A stretch of DNA of 60,666 nt from Thermoproteota archaeon (GTDB lineage Archaea; Thermoproteota; EX4484-205; JAAOZP01), in assembly GCA_038867695.1 (NCBI GenBank), contig JAWBXT010000002.1, positions 1 through 60,666 on the forward strand. Reading direction: 5' to 3'. The notes under the pieces were generated by a model. It searched no databases. It saw only the letters and a list, made by a program, of their open reading frames with translations, and was not told where the DNA came from. Shown piece after piece: positions 8,485 through 17,687 of the stretch (positions are counted from its first letter, which is position 1; every line of letters starts with the position of its first letter). A program made the position numbers and the translations under genes.

Positions 8485-9515
8485 ATGCTTACAGTAATAG
8501 TGTCAGGATTCTTCGGCGACGAGGGAAAACCTTCAAAGGGTCCCTAGAAGGAAAAGTCGCCGCGTTCCTGGCGCTTAGGGAGCGTCCGAAGGTAGCTGTT
8601 CGAGTTGGTTCTGTAAATGCTGGACACACAGTGATTTATAGGGGGAACACGTATAGGCTTAGGATGGTGCCGAGTGCTTTTCTCGTTCCAGAAACAAAGC
8701 TCCTGATAGGAGCTGGTGCGAATGTTGATCCAAAAGTCCTCTTAAGCGAGATTGCCATGTTGGGTGTAGAAGGCAGGGTGTTTGTCGACGGGAATGCATC
8801 AGTAATTGAACAGAGGCACATAGATGCAGATAGGGGGAACGATTTCTTCAGGGAATTCATAGGTACTACTGGAACCGGGGTTTCTCCTGCTCTCGTCGAT
8901 AGAGTAGCTAGAAAAGCAAAGCTTGTAAGAGATACCCCTGAGTTAAGCAAGTATGTTACAGACGTTTCTGAAGAAGTTAATTCTGCTCTAGATAGGGATG
9001 AGACCGTACACATTGAGGGGACACAGGGCTTCTACCTAAGCCTCTACCATGGGACATACCCATATGTTACGGGTAGGGATACTACTGCTGCAGCCGTCTG
9101 TAGCGAAGTAGGAGTCGGTCCAAAAAGAGTGGATGAAGTAATACTTGTTCTCAAAAGCTTTGTAACGAGAGTAGGTAATGGACCATTGGATAATGAGCTT
9201 TCTCCTGAAGAAGCCGAGAGAAGAGGATTTGTGGAAAGAGGCACAGTCACAGGTAGGCTTAGGAGGGCTGCACCCTTCAACTTCCAGATGGCTAAGCGTG
9301 CATGCAGGGTTAACGGAGCAACTCAAATAGCTGTAACTAAAGTGGATGTACTTTTCCCAGAATGTTCCAAAGCTAAGAATAGAGGATCCTTGTCTGAAAG
9401 GTGCTTGGAATTCCTTAAGAGGGTTCAGGATGAAACCGGCGTACCCGTAACTATAGTTGGCACCGGTCCCGATGCTGAGGACACTATATATCTTGGTCCC
9501 GAGGGAGTAAAGTAA
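8485..9515 (+). CDS. purA: Adenylosuccinate synthetase (short archaeal type), interrupted by a 20-nt insert at 8528-8547
   Basis: Exon 1 encodes MLTVIVSGFFGDEGK and exon 2 encodes GKVAAFLALRERPKVAVRVGSVNAGHTV...TTGTG...TKVD. Joined length is 336 aa and regenerates the GDEGKGK P-loop. Confidence 0.8.
8528..8547 (+). other. Candidate bulge-helix-bulge (BHB) intron inside the purA mRNA
   Basis: Central helix AGGG 8522-8525 / CCCT 8542-8545. 3-nt bulges at 8526-8528 and 8546-8548. Inner hairpin 8529-8533 / 8537-8541. Distal helix GGCGAC 8515-8520 / GTCGCC 8556-8561. Confidence 0.55.
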
Positions 9516-9520
9516 GTATC

Positions 9521-10243
9521 TTACTCTTGCTGGCTCTGCATAACGCTTTGAAGCCTAACGACAAGCGGGCTATCAGTATTCTGCTGCCTATTACTGTTTA
9601 TCGCTCTTAATAACTCTATGAAGTTGCTTCTCTGCGGTGTTATCGTTTCATGGGAAGCCTTCTGTTTCAGGTTTTTCAATCTAGCCAGTATCGATTCTGT
9701 CTCCTTTATCTCTAAAAGAGTTATATCCAGATTCGACTCTATCATTGTTTCCGCAACCTTATAGCTTATTTCATCAACCTCTCCTGTTGAAAGCTGAACT
9801 CTGTTTATAGACCTGATTCGAGTAAGCATGTCCAGCCTATTCTTAAGCTCCTCTTGAACCTTACTGAGCTCTGAAACCAGCTCGATAACCTTCTTGTTGA
9901 GCTCATTCATATCTCTTACATACGTGTTCTTAAGCTCATCGTATATATTGGTAGGTATCTGATGCTCCTGTCTAAGCTTTTCAAGAGCCTCCAGCCTCCT
10001 CCTAGTTATCTCAACTCCTCTTATCAGGCTTTCCGCTTTTATCTTCCAGAAGTTTTTCAAAACCACATACTCCTTCCCAGCCTCCACCGCTTCATTCTCA
10101 ACCTTCAGGAAGCTCCCATTAGGCATCATTATGAAGAAGTTGGAGGGCATCCCCCTAGAGTCGATCTCGAAACCAACCAGAGTCCCAATCTCCCTTTCAT
10201 ATATGTCTTTTACTGGCAGACCCAGTACTTTACTGTAGTCCAT
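9521..10243 (-). CDS. cdvA: Cell division protein CdvA (PRC-barrel-like N-domain + coiled coil)
   Basis: N-terminal VKDIYEREIGTLVG, central RRRLEALEKLRQEHQIPTNIYDELK and a long coiled coil, resembling crenarchaeal CdvA as recalled from memory; 240 aa. Confidence 0.7.
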   Translation of the reverse strand: MDYSKVLGLPVKDIYEREIGTLVGFEIDSRGMPSNFFIMMPNGSFLKVENEAVEAGKEYVVLKNFWKIKAESLIRGVEITRRRLEALEKLRQEHQIPTNIYDELKNTYVRDMNELNKKVIELVSELSKVQEELKNRLDMLTRIRSINRVQLSTGEVDEISYKVAETMIESNLDITLLEIKETESILARLKNLKQKASHETITPQRSNFIELLRAINSNRQQNTDSPLVVRLQSVMQSQQE

Positions 10244-10348
10244 TACCTGGGTTTCTCCTGGAATGTTCTATTTAATCTAGATTGTAAAAAGTGTTTACAA
10301 TTTACAACAATATTTTTGACCTTTTTAATTTTTGATAATTATAAATTT

Positions 10349-12559
10349 TTAATCGTTAAATTCTGCAAGGCTTTTCTGAAAGCTCTCTCCCTTCCTCCTC
10401 TTCTCCCATTCCTCCCTGTGTATTATGCCTCCTGCCTCCTTCTTTATATTCAATGCGAGTTTCTGACCTATACCTGGTATTCTGGAAAGCTCGCTTACGC
10501 TTGCAGAAGCGATGTCTGAAAGCTTTTTAAAACCATGGCTGAAAAGCCGCCTGGCCCTCACCCTTCCAATGCCTTCAAGTGAGGAAACCAGCTCAAGTAG
10601 TTCCGGCTTAACACCGTACTCTATCCTAGTTTCAAGCTCCTCAAGCTTCTTTAAAGCGTCGTAATCCTTTAGAAGCCTCGCTATCTCTTTAGCAGAGTAA
10701 GCCAGCCACTGGGCTGTCTCCTTACATGCATAAATATCACCGGGCTCAACGCCGAGCCTAAGATAAATATCGTCCTCGCTATACTCGTTTATCCACATCC
10801 ATAGTGCCGTCATCGTTTTATAGGTCTCCATTGGATTAATGTCTTCAATATCTAAGTACAGCTCTAGTTCATGCTTACTGATGAATTCAATTACAAGATT
10901 CTCGGTAGGGCTGGTTATGCTAAACTTTGGCCTCATATCTGGGGATACACATATTAGGTGGAGGCCACTGATTTCAGTGAAGGCTCGCGGTTTATTCTTA
11001 AGTCCTTTTAGGAACAATACGCCTGTGGATGGGGATACATATAGCTCTGATATCCTTCTGCCCAAGGGTGTTGCCTCAAGGAAGCTGTTCTTCTTGATTA
11101 TGAGCCCGTCCTCTATCAGTATCTTCAAAACTCTTTTAACCCTGTTTGAAACCCCTTTCCCTCTCTGAACATGGTAAAGCGTGTTTTTGAATACTTCAAG
11201 AATGTTCTTAGCATCGACTGCTATACCGCTGGCAACACATGCAAGTATGGCTGTTGAAAAGTATGTTCCAAGACCTAGTTTAGATTCGATCGGTTCTGCA
11301 ATAGACTCAATGTACTTGGCCATTAGATAATCTATTTCTCTCTCGCTCCTAGCGTATAGGACCGCCTCTCCAAACTTATCGTACCTTGGTCTTCCGGCTC
11401 TTCCGGCCATCTGTTTATACTCCATAACAGGTATCGGGCTACTGGTATGTGTTTCAGGATCAAACCTGTTAACCGAGGTTATGCAGACTACTCTCGCAGG
11501 AAGATTAACCCCAGCCGCGAGAGTTGGAGTTGCTGTTATCACCTTTAAAATCCTTTCTCTAAAAGCCTCCTCAACAATCCTACGCTGGAAACTAGTTAAC
11601 CCTGCATGGTGGAAGGCAACGCCTTTTTCAACAACACCTGCAAGATCCTCCCCAATTATTGCTGATTCACTATTCTCTCTTATCTCTTTTGCAAGTTCCT
11701 TCAGCTTCTTCTTCTCCGAGTCAGAGAGGTGTAGATAAGATACGGAGGAGAGTTTTCTTGCCAAGTATACTGTTTTCTTCCTTGTTTCGACGAAGAAAAG
11801 GGCTTGACCCCCATCTCTAAGCGAATAGGCTAATAATGAGTGTAAAGGCTCTTCAAAATTATCTTCCAGTTCAATGATTTCACCGTCTTTTAAGAATATT
11901 TTTGAACCGTGGAAAACTCCTTCTCTTAGGTTGATGGGTCTCCATTCTGAAACTATGCATTTTGCACCAAGCCATTTTGCGACTTCATAGGCGTTAGAAA
12001 CTGTAGCACTTAAGGCTATTAATTGGACTCTAGGCAAGATTGCTCTGGTGAAGGATACTAAAGTCTCTATTCCTGGACCACGGTCTTCAGAATTCACATA
12101 ATGTATCTCATCGAAAATAATGAGATTAACTTCACTTATCCACTTTGGTCTATGTCTGACTATTGAGTCAAACTTTTCATAAGTCGCAACTATTACATCG
12201 TAATCAGCAAGCTCCTCAGCTTTAGAATCATAGTCCCCAGTTGCTAAGGCTACCCTAATCTTACCGTTCAGACCCTCGATCTCCTTTAGAAGGCTAAAGT
12301 CGACATATTTCTCCCAAGCTATTGCCTTTAGCGGGACGAGGTATATGGTTTTGCCTCCTTCATTCTTAAGCTTGTATATCGCAGCCAGTTGTGCAATCAG
12401 AGTCTTACCAGAGGCTGTTGGTACAGCTACTAGTAAATTCTCTCCTTCGAATAATCCTGCCTTAACTGCTTGTTCTTGAGGCGGATAGAGCGTTTTAAAA
12501 CCTGCCTTTGCAAGTTCCCTCTTAGCATCCTCTCCTATTGGTAACTCTTCTAAATCCAT
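10349..12559 (-). CDS. hel308: Ski2-type DNA helicase Hel308 (Hjm)
   Basis: Motifs PTASGKT and DEIH, ratchet domain, C-terminal HhH (GIGRVRARRL...IPGIGQKLA); 736 aa. Confidence 0.9.
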   Translation of the reverse strand: MDLEELPIGEDAKRELAKAGFKTLYPPQEQAVKAGLFEGENLLVAVPTASGKTLIAQLAAIYKLKNEGGKTIYLVPLKAIAWEKYVDFSLLKEIEGLNGKIRVALATGDYDSKAEELADYDVIVATYEKFDSIVRHRPKWISEVNLIIFDEIHYVNSEDRGPGIETLVSFTRAILPRVQLIALSATVSNAYEVAKWLGAKCIVSEWRPINLREGVFHGSKIFLKDGEIIELEDNFEEPLHSLLAYSLRDGGQALFFVETRKKTVYLARKLSSVSYLHLSDSEKKKLKELAKEIRENSESAIIGEDLAGVVEKGVAFHHAGLTSFQRRIVEEAFRERILKVITATPTLAAGVNLPARVVCITSVNRFDPETHTSSPIPVMEYKQMAGRAGRPRYDKFGEAVLYARSEREIDYLMAKYIESIAEPIESKLGLGTYFSTAILACVASGIAVDAKNILEVFKNTLYHVQRGKGVSNRVKRVLKILIEDGLIIKKNSFLEATPLGRRISELYVSPSTGVLFLKGLKNKPRAFTEISGLHLICVSPDMRPKFSITSPTENLVIEFISKHELELYLDIEDINPMETYKTMTALWMWINEYSEDDIYLRLGVEPGDIYACKETAQWLAYSAKEIARLLKDYDALKKLEELETRIEYGVKPELLELVSSLEGIGRVRARRLFSHGFKKLSDIASASVSELSRIPGIGQKLALNIKKEAGGIIHREEWEKRRKGESFQKSLAEFND

Positions 12560-12560
12560 T

Positions 12561-14624
12561 TCAACGCCTTATTCTTCTAACAGTCTCCTCATCAGGGAAC
12601 ATTATTACTCCTTGTTCTCTCATCTGCTCTATGAGCTTGTAGAATTCGTCCGCCTCAATCTTCTTTTCTTCGCATCTTTTCCTCAACTCGCTTAATAGTG
12701 CTTTCCCAGTTTCAGCCTCTAGGCTTTCTATTTCCTTCAGTATTATTCGCATTTTCTCCCACTTGCTTCTAGACTTTCCAGTCATCAGAATGTCAACGTC
12801 AATCTTACCTGTCGACACGTCTAATCCTGCTGTGCCCAGACTGTAATTCATAAGCCTTATCGCTGCTTCAGCGTCTTCGACGGTGACCTCTTCTCTCAGC
12901 ATCAGCCTGGCCCTAGCTACGCTAAGCCTTATTAAAGACTCTAAATGCCTCGGGGTTATCGGTATTGGAGCATTCGCCTCTTGACTGCTGCCTCTAAGTT
13001 GAAGGAAGAAGTTTTTAATCCTCTCAGTCGCCTCAGGGGTGAGCCTCGGAGTTATTCTTTTGCAATACGCTAAGTATTTCCTAAGGAGGTCTGGCGGAAT
13101 AATTTCATCACTGTAATTATAAGCTTCCATATGCAATTGAAGAATATGGTCTGAGAGCCTAGCATCCGCCTCCTTATCCGGTTTATCTTTTATTATAAAG
13201 TATAGGTCGAACCTGGAGAGTAGGGTTGGAGGTAAATCAACGTTCTCGCTGAAGTTAAGAGTATCATCATATCTGCCATATACAGGGTTTGCTGCAGCGA
13301 GTATTGCTGTCCTAGCGTTAAGCGTTGCTACTATTCCCCCCTTAGCTACGCTTACGGTTTGCTGCTCCATTGCCTCATGTATAGCAACCCTGTCTTCAGC
13401 TTTCATTTTCTCAAACTCGTCTATTGCAGCTATCCCTTTGTCGGCAAGAACTACCGCACCAGCCTCCAATGTGAAGCTTCCAGTCTTATCTCTGACTACT
13501 GCTGCTGTTAAACCAGCTGCCGTAACTCCTCTTCCAGAAGTGTAAAGGCCCCTGGGTGCTATTCTTTGAACATACTTGAGAAGCTGGCTCTTAGCTGTTC
13601 CAGGGTCCCCTATTAGAAGCAGGTTTATGTCGCCCCTGACAGTTACACCGTCCGGATAAGTTCTTCTCACACCCCCAACCATCTGTAGAAGTATCGCCTC
13701 CTTAATCTCCTCGAGACCGTATATAGAGGGTGCTATCGACTTTATTAGCTTCCGATATATCCACGGGTCTTTGCTTATTTCTATAATCTTTCGCTCCTCT
13801 TCGGGAGTTAATGTTACTTCTCCAAGCTCTTGCATCAAAGCCTCTATGTAGTTTACCTCAATGCTGAGCGAGAAAGTCGTGTATTGAAGGTTCTTCAACG
13901 GATGTCTATCGGGAGTAGCAACTACTACTCCAGTTATCTGAACCCTGTCTCCAGGTCTAACCCGGTCAGTGAGGTCTCCGGTGAGTCTGAGGTTTATACT
14001 GTGAGGCATAACTCCAGCTGGGAGGTCTTCAGGCTTCTCCTGAACTCTTATCTCTTGGTAATCTATGAACGTAGAGCGATCTTGGAGCAATTCAAAATTC
14101 GAAAGTTTACTTGTTCCACAAACATTGCAACGCGGCGGTTTTAAAACGAGCCCTGACTGAGGTTCCTCATATACCCCGCCACAGTTCTTACATTGAAAGA
14201 CTCCTTTTAAAAGTATGCTTTTTATCTCGGAGGCTCTGACTACAACGCCTTCGAAACATATTAGTTTACCCAGCAGGCTGGACTTTATGTCCCTTATTGA
14301 TATCTTCTTTCCAAGGCCTCTTATTCTCACGGCAACTCGTTGTACCCTCGAAGCATAATCCTTGTCTAGACTGCTCAATACGGACATAGCAATGTTTCCT
14401 AAGTCTTCTAGAACTGAGGGATTTTCGACGATCTCTTCTACCATCTCCCTGCTATAAGAGAGCATGTCCTGGAAATCTATTACGATTGACGACGTCCCAA
14501 GGGACGGGAGGGATGCTATCTGATCATAGTATTTCCTCTCATTATTCTCGTCTCTGAAATTTCTTATGAAATCTAGGAACAGACTTTGGATTGGAACCCT
14601 AGTCTTGACCCTGCTGTCCTCCAT
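12561..14624 (-). CDS. mcm: Minichromosome maintenance helicase MCM
   Basis: C4 zinc motif CKNCG...CNVCG, Walker A GDPGTAKSQ, Walker B IDEFEKM, arginine finger SRFDL; 687 aa. Confidence 0.95.
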   Translation of the reverse strand: MEDSRVKTRVPIQSLFLDFIRNFRDENNERKYYDQIASLPSLGTSSIVIDFQDMLSYSREMVEEIVENPSVLEDLGNIAMSVLSSLDKDYASRVQRVAVRIRGLGKKISIRDIKSSLLGKLICFEGVVVRASEIKSILLKGVFQCKNCGGVYEEPQSGLVLKPPRCNVCGTSKLSNFELLQDRSTFIDYQEIRVQEKPEDLPAGVMPHSINLRLTGDLTDRVRPGDRVQITGVVVATPDRHPLKNLQYTTFSLSIEVNYIEALMQELGEVTLTPEEERKIIEISKDPWIYRKLIKSIAPSIYGLEEIKEAILLQMVGGVRRTYPDGVTVRGDINLLLIGDPGTAKSQLLKYVQRIAPRGLYTSGRGVTAAGLTAAVVRDKTGSFTLEAGAVVLADKGIAAIDEFEKMKAEDRVAIHEAMEQQTVSVAKGGIVATLNARTAILAAANPVYGRYDDTLNFSENVDLPPTLLSRFDLYFIIKDKPDKEADARLSDHILQLHMEAYNYSDEIIPPDLLRKYLAYCKRITPRLTPEATERIKNFFLQLRGSSQEANAPIPITPRHLESLIRLSVARARLMLREEVTVEDAEAAIRLMNYSLGTAGLDVSTGKIDVDILMTGKSRSKWEKMRIILKEIESLEAETGKALLSELRKRCEEKKIEADEFYKLIEQMREQGVIMFPDEETVRRIRR

Positions 14625-15129
14625 CTGAATACATCAACTCCCTCTGCCACGTGCTTAAAGTCTCCTTAAGGAAGTTATATAGAAGCAGTTCCTCCGGCTG
14701 AAGTCTTTCAAGGATACTTGTCGGTACTTCCTTTAAAAACACTAGTTTAATCAATTTTCTGAGTCGTATGTCAATTATTTCCTGAAGATCGTTCTGGATT
14801 TCGATGGTTTTAGAACTCTTACTATCTTCCATTAGCTTCATAGCCTTAAGATAAAAGAAGTCGGGGAGTTTGATGAGAGCTTCATCTGATGATTCAAGCC
14901 ATCTCATTGAAGCAATGTCCTTTATGGTTAAATGCTCCTCACTCATTTTAACCCATCCAGAATCTGATAAGTAGTTAGCAATACCCCTATAAATCCTTAC
15001 GGCCTTCCCCTTTTCCATAACCACTTCTTCAAGCCCGGGCAACTTGATGCTTTTCGAATCCACCTGAGGGATTACTAGGGCCTCGTCAAATTCATACTTC
15101 AGCCTTATTCTCTTCAACTCCCTCTTCAT
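14599..15129 (-). CDS. GINS subunit (Gins23-like)
   Basis: About 176 aa, immediately upstream of mcm and overlapping it, as in Sulfolobus gins23-mcm. C-terminal LxPEE..LY-type helical segment. The ATG at 15129 is about 25-30 nt after a TATA; the track ORF is longer. Confidence 0.55.
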   Translation of the reverse strand: MKRELKRIRLKYEFDEALVIPQVDSKSIKLPGLEEVVMEKGKAVRIYRGIANYLSDSGWVKMSEEHLTIKDIASMRWLESSDEALIKLPDFFYLKAMKLMEDSKSSKTIEIQNDLQEIIDIRLRKLIKLVFLKEVPTSILERLQPEELLLYNFLKETLSTWQRELMYSDGGQQGQD

Positions 15130-15192
15130 CACCCAGCGCAGTAGCTCTATAGTTATATTATCCAATTCTTGATTAACACGACGAGCGAAACA

Positions 15193-15205
15193 TTTAACTT
15201 TAAAC
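15193..15205 (+). promoter_or_regulatory. TATA-like element for rfcS (TTTAACTTTAAAC)
   Basis: About 25-30 nt upstream of the ATG at 15226 that gives MSVSDLLWVEKYRPKT. Confidence 0.35.
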
Positions 15206-15225
15206 AACCACTATTTCCGGTAGCG

Positions 15226-16188
15226 ATGAGCGTATCGGATCTTCTATGGGTCGAGAAATATAGGCCAAAAACACTGGATGAAATAATAGATAGAGAAGAG
15301 ATCGTGACCCGGCTTAAGGCATTCGTTAGGACCGGGAATGTTCCAAACATGCTTTTCGTCGGTCCTCCTGGTACTGGGAAGACCACCGCTGCGCTAGCTC
15401 TTGTAAACGACCTTTACCAGGGCTCTACTGCAGGCAAGTTTATGGAGCTTAATGCCTCAGATGAGAGAGGTATAAACACGATAAGGGAGATAGTTAAGGA
15501 CTTTGCCAGAAGCAGACCTTCTGCGGAGGTTCCATTCAAAATACTCATATTAGACGAGAGTGACAACATGACTCAGGATGCTCAACAAGCCCTCAGAAGA
15601 ATAATGGAAAGGTATGCTTCGGTCACTAGGTTTATACTCCTCGCTAATTATCAGTGGGGAATAATTGAGCCTATTCAATCAAGATGTGCCGTATTTAGAT
15701 TCCCGCCCCTTAGTCCAACTTACATAAGAGAGGGTGTTTTAAGAGTTTTAGAAAAGGAGAAGGTCTCTTGGACTGAGGAGGCGATAGATGAAATAGTTAA
15801 AGCTGCCAGAGGTGATATGAGGAAGGCGATAAACATTGCTCAGTCTGCTGCAGGTGGTTTAAAGAAAATTACTGGTGAGAGCATCAGACAGGTCGTAGGC
15901 GTTCTTCATCCTAGAGAGGTTGAAGAGATGATAAATGAGGCGTTGAAAGGTGATTTTACTTCGGCTAGGAAGAGGCTTGCAAAACTTCTATACGACGATG
16001 GTCTGTCAGCAAACGACATATTGAGAGAGATGAATTCCGAACTCATGTCGATTGAGATGGACGAAAGAAAACGGCTCTATGTTGTCAATGCCTTAGGAGA
16101 GGCAAACTTTCGAGTAGCTATGGGTGCTGATGCTGAAATACAGATAAGCACTGTTCTCGCTGCTTTGGCTACAGATCTTCAGAAATGA
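15226..16188 (+). CDS. rfcS: Replication factor C small subunit
   Basis: WVEKYRPKTLDEI, GPPGTGKTT, LDESDNM and the SRC motif. Confidence 0.9.
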   Translation: MSVSDLLWVEKYRPKTLDEIIDREEIVTRLKAFVRTGNVPNMLFVGPPGTGKTTAALALVNDLYQGSTAGKFMELNASDERGINTIREIVKDFARSRPSAEVPFKILILDESDNMTQDAQQALRRIMERYASVTRFILLANYQWGIIEPIQSRCAVFRFPPLSPTYIREGVLRVLEKEKVSWTEEAIDEIVKAARGDMRKAINIAQSAAGGLKKITGESIRQVVGVLHPREVEEMINEALKGDFTSARKRLAKLLYDDGLSANDILREMNSELMSIEMDERKRLYVVNALGEANFRVAMGADAEIQISTVLAALATDLQK

Positions 16189-17420
16189 ACATGTCTCGAC
16201 TAAGCTGGGTTGAAAAATATAAGCCTAAGACGCTAGAAGAAATAGTTGGAAATGATGCTGCTAAGAAAGATTTTCTTGACTGGATTGAGAAATGGGATGA
16301 ACGTGGAAAGGCTGCATTGCTTCACGGTCCACCTGGTGTTGGGAAAACGGTTTTAGTGGAAGTCGTCGCGTCTACACTCAACTATAGACTTATAGAGACG
16401 AATGCGAGTGAAACCAGAAAAATAGATTTTTTAGAAAATGTTATCAGGCCGGCAGCCTTTAACAGAAGCCTTTTCAGCAGTAGGGTTCTGATCTTCTTCG
16501 ACGAAATCGACGGCCTATCGAGTGAAGAATCTGGAGCTATTAGCTTCTTATTGGATTTAATAGAGTCATCGAGAGTACCTATCGCAATGGCTGCAAATGA
16601 TCCGTGGGTGCCTCAGCTCTCTAAGATAAGAGACAAAGTCTACATGATTCCATTTCATCGGGTAAGACCACAGAGCATAATTAAGAGACTTAGAGAGATA
16701 TGTAAGGCAGAAGGAATCAAATGTAGACAGGAAATACTCATGATGATCGCAGAGCATTCCGAAGGAGATATGAGAGCTGCCATAGAAGATTTGGAATTTC
16801 TATACTCTTCACATGAGGATGTAGACGTAGAAGAAGCCGAGAAAATCTTATCATATAGAAACGTAGAAAGGAACGTATTTGAGACTTTAAGTGCAGCAGC
16901 TTACGCATCAACCTTGGAAAAAGCATCCATATCGCTATCTTCCTCAGAAGAAAAGCCTGAAGATTTGCTCGAATGGGTTTTTGAAAATATCCCCCATATC
17001 TCGCCTAGACAATGGCTCTTCTCGGCGTTAAAATATGTGGCCGAGGCGGATATGCTTCTTAGACAAATATCTAGGAATTCAATGTGGAGGCTTCTGCCTG
17101 ATTTCTACCATAAATTGTCAAGTGCGTTTTTTGCACTGCCTCAGAAGAACAAGGTTAGATTTGTCTTCCCAAACAGGATGAGAGAGAGGTTTAAGAGAAT
17201 ACAACATCTTAAAAGCATTAGAGAGTTGGAGCTTTTCTTTATGAAGGAGCTTCATGTTGGGAAAACGGTTTTTAGGAAAGAACTTATACCACTGTTAAGA
17301 CTCCTCTCTCGGGACGATGACTTCAGGAGCAAGTTGCTAATTAGGCTGAGCGATGCTCATCTGAGAGAACTATACAGCTCAATCATCCTTAGAGAAGAAA
17401 TCCGCAGAAGATCTGCTTAA
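16185..17420 (+). CDS. rfcL: Replication factor C large subunit
   Basis: WVEKYKPKTLEEIVGN, GPPGVGKT, FDEIDG. Start overlaps the rfcS stop. Confidence 0.85.
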   Translation: MNMSRLSWVEKYKPKTLEEIVGNDAAKKDFLDWIEKWDERGKAALLHGPPGVGKTVLVEVVASTLNYRLIETNASETRKIDFLENVIRPAAFNRSLFSSRVLIFFDEIDGLSSEESGAISFLLDLIESSRVPIAMAANDPWVPQLSKIRDKVYMIPFHRVRPQSIIKRLREICKAEGIKCRQEILMMIAEHSEGDMRAAIEDLEFLYSSHEDVDVEEAEKILSYRNVERNVFETLSAAAYASTLEKASISLSSSEEKPEDLLEWVFENIPHISPRQWLFSALKYVAEADMLLRQISRNSMWRLLPDFYHKLSSAFFALPQKNKVRFVFPNRMRERFKRIQHLKSIRELELFFMKELHVGKTVFRKELIPLLRLLSRDDDFRSKLLIRLSDAHLRELYSSIILREEIRRRSA

Positions 17421-17687
17421 AATACTGAGTAGCATTCTGATGTTAGGATTATCCTTATTCAGAAAGTAAATTCTCACTCTTCCGAAAGACTTCTCCCTTA
17501 CAAATCCCTTATCAATCATTACTGCCAAGCTCTTTTTAACTATCTTATGATTCAGACCAGTCTGTCTTATTATCTGAGAGATATTCATTTCGCCGTTTCT
17601 AAACAATCTCCAAAATATTCTTGAAACACTTACAGAATGTGAGATTTCTTCAAACAGGCTTATAAGCTCGTCTCGCCGCCTATACAC
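17379..17687 (-). CDS. Small winged-helix DNA-binding protein
   Basis: 102 aa with a wHTH-like core (MNISQIIRQTGLNHKIVKKSLAVMIDKGFV). Its start overlaps the end of the orc1/cdc6-like gene. Confidence 0.5.
   Translation of the reverse strand: MYRRRDELISLFEEISHSVSVSRIFWRLFRNGEMNISQIIRQTGLNHKIVKKSLAVMIDKGFVREKSFGRVRIYFLNKDNPNIRMLLSILSRSSADFFSKDD

Noticed and set aside
8524-8555. purA interruption as translational bypassing (matching GGA AAA at 8524-8529 and 8550-8555, in-gap TAG) or as a simple pseudogene
   Set aside because: A 26-nt hop would give GDEGKVAA and lose the conserved GK of the P-loop. The 20-nt excision predicted by the BHB geometry restores GDEGKGK exactly. Pseudogenisation cannot be excluded without data, but the rest of the gene is intact.
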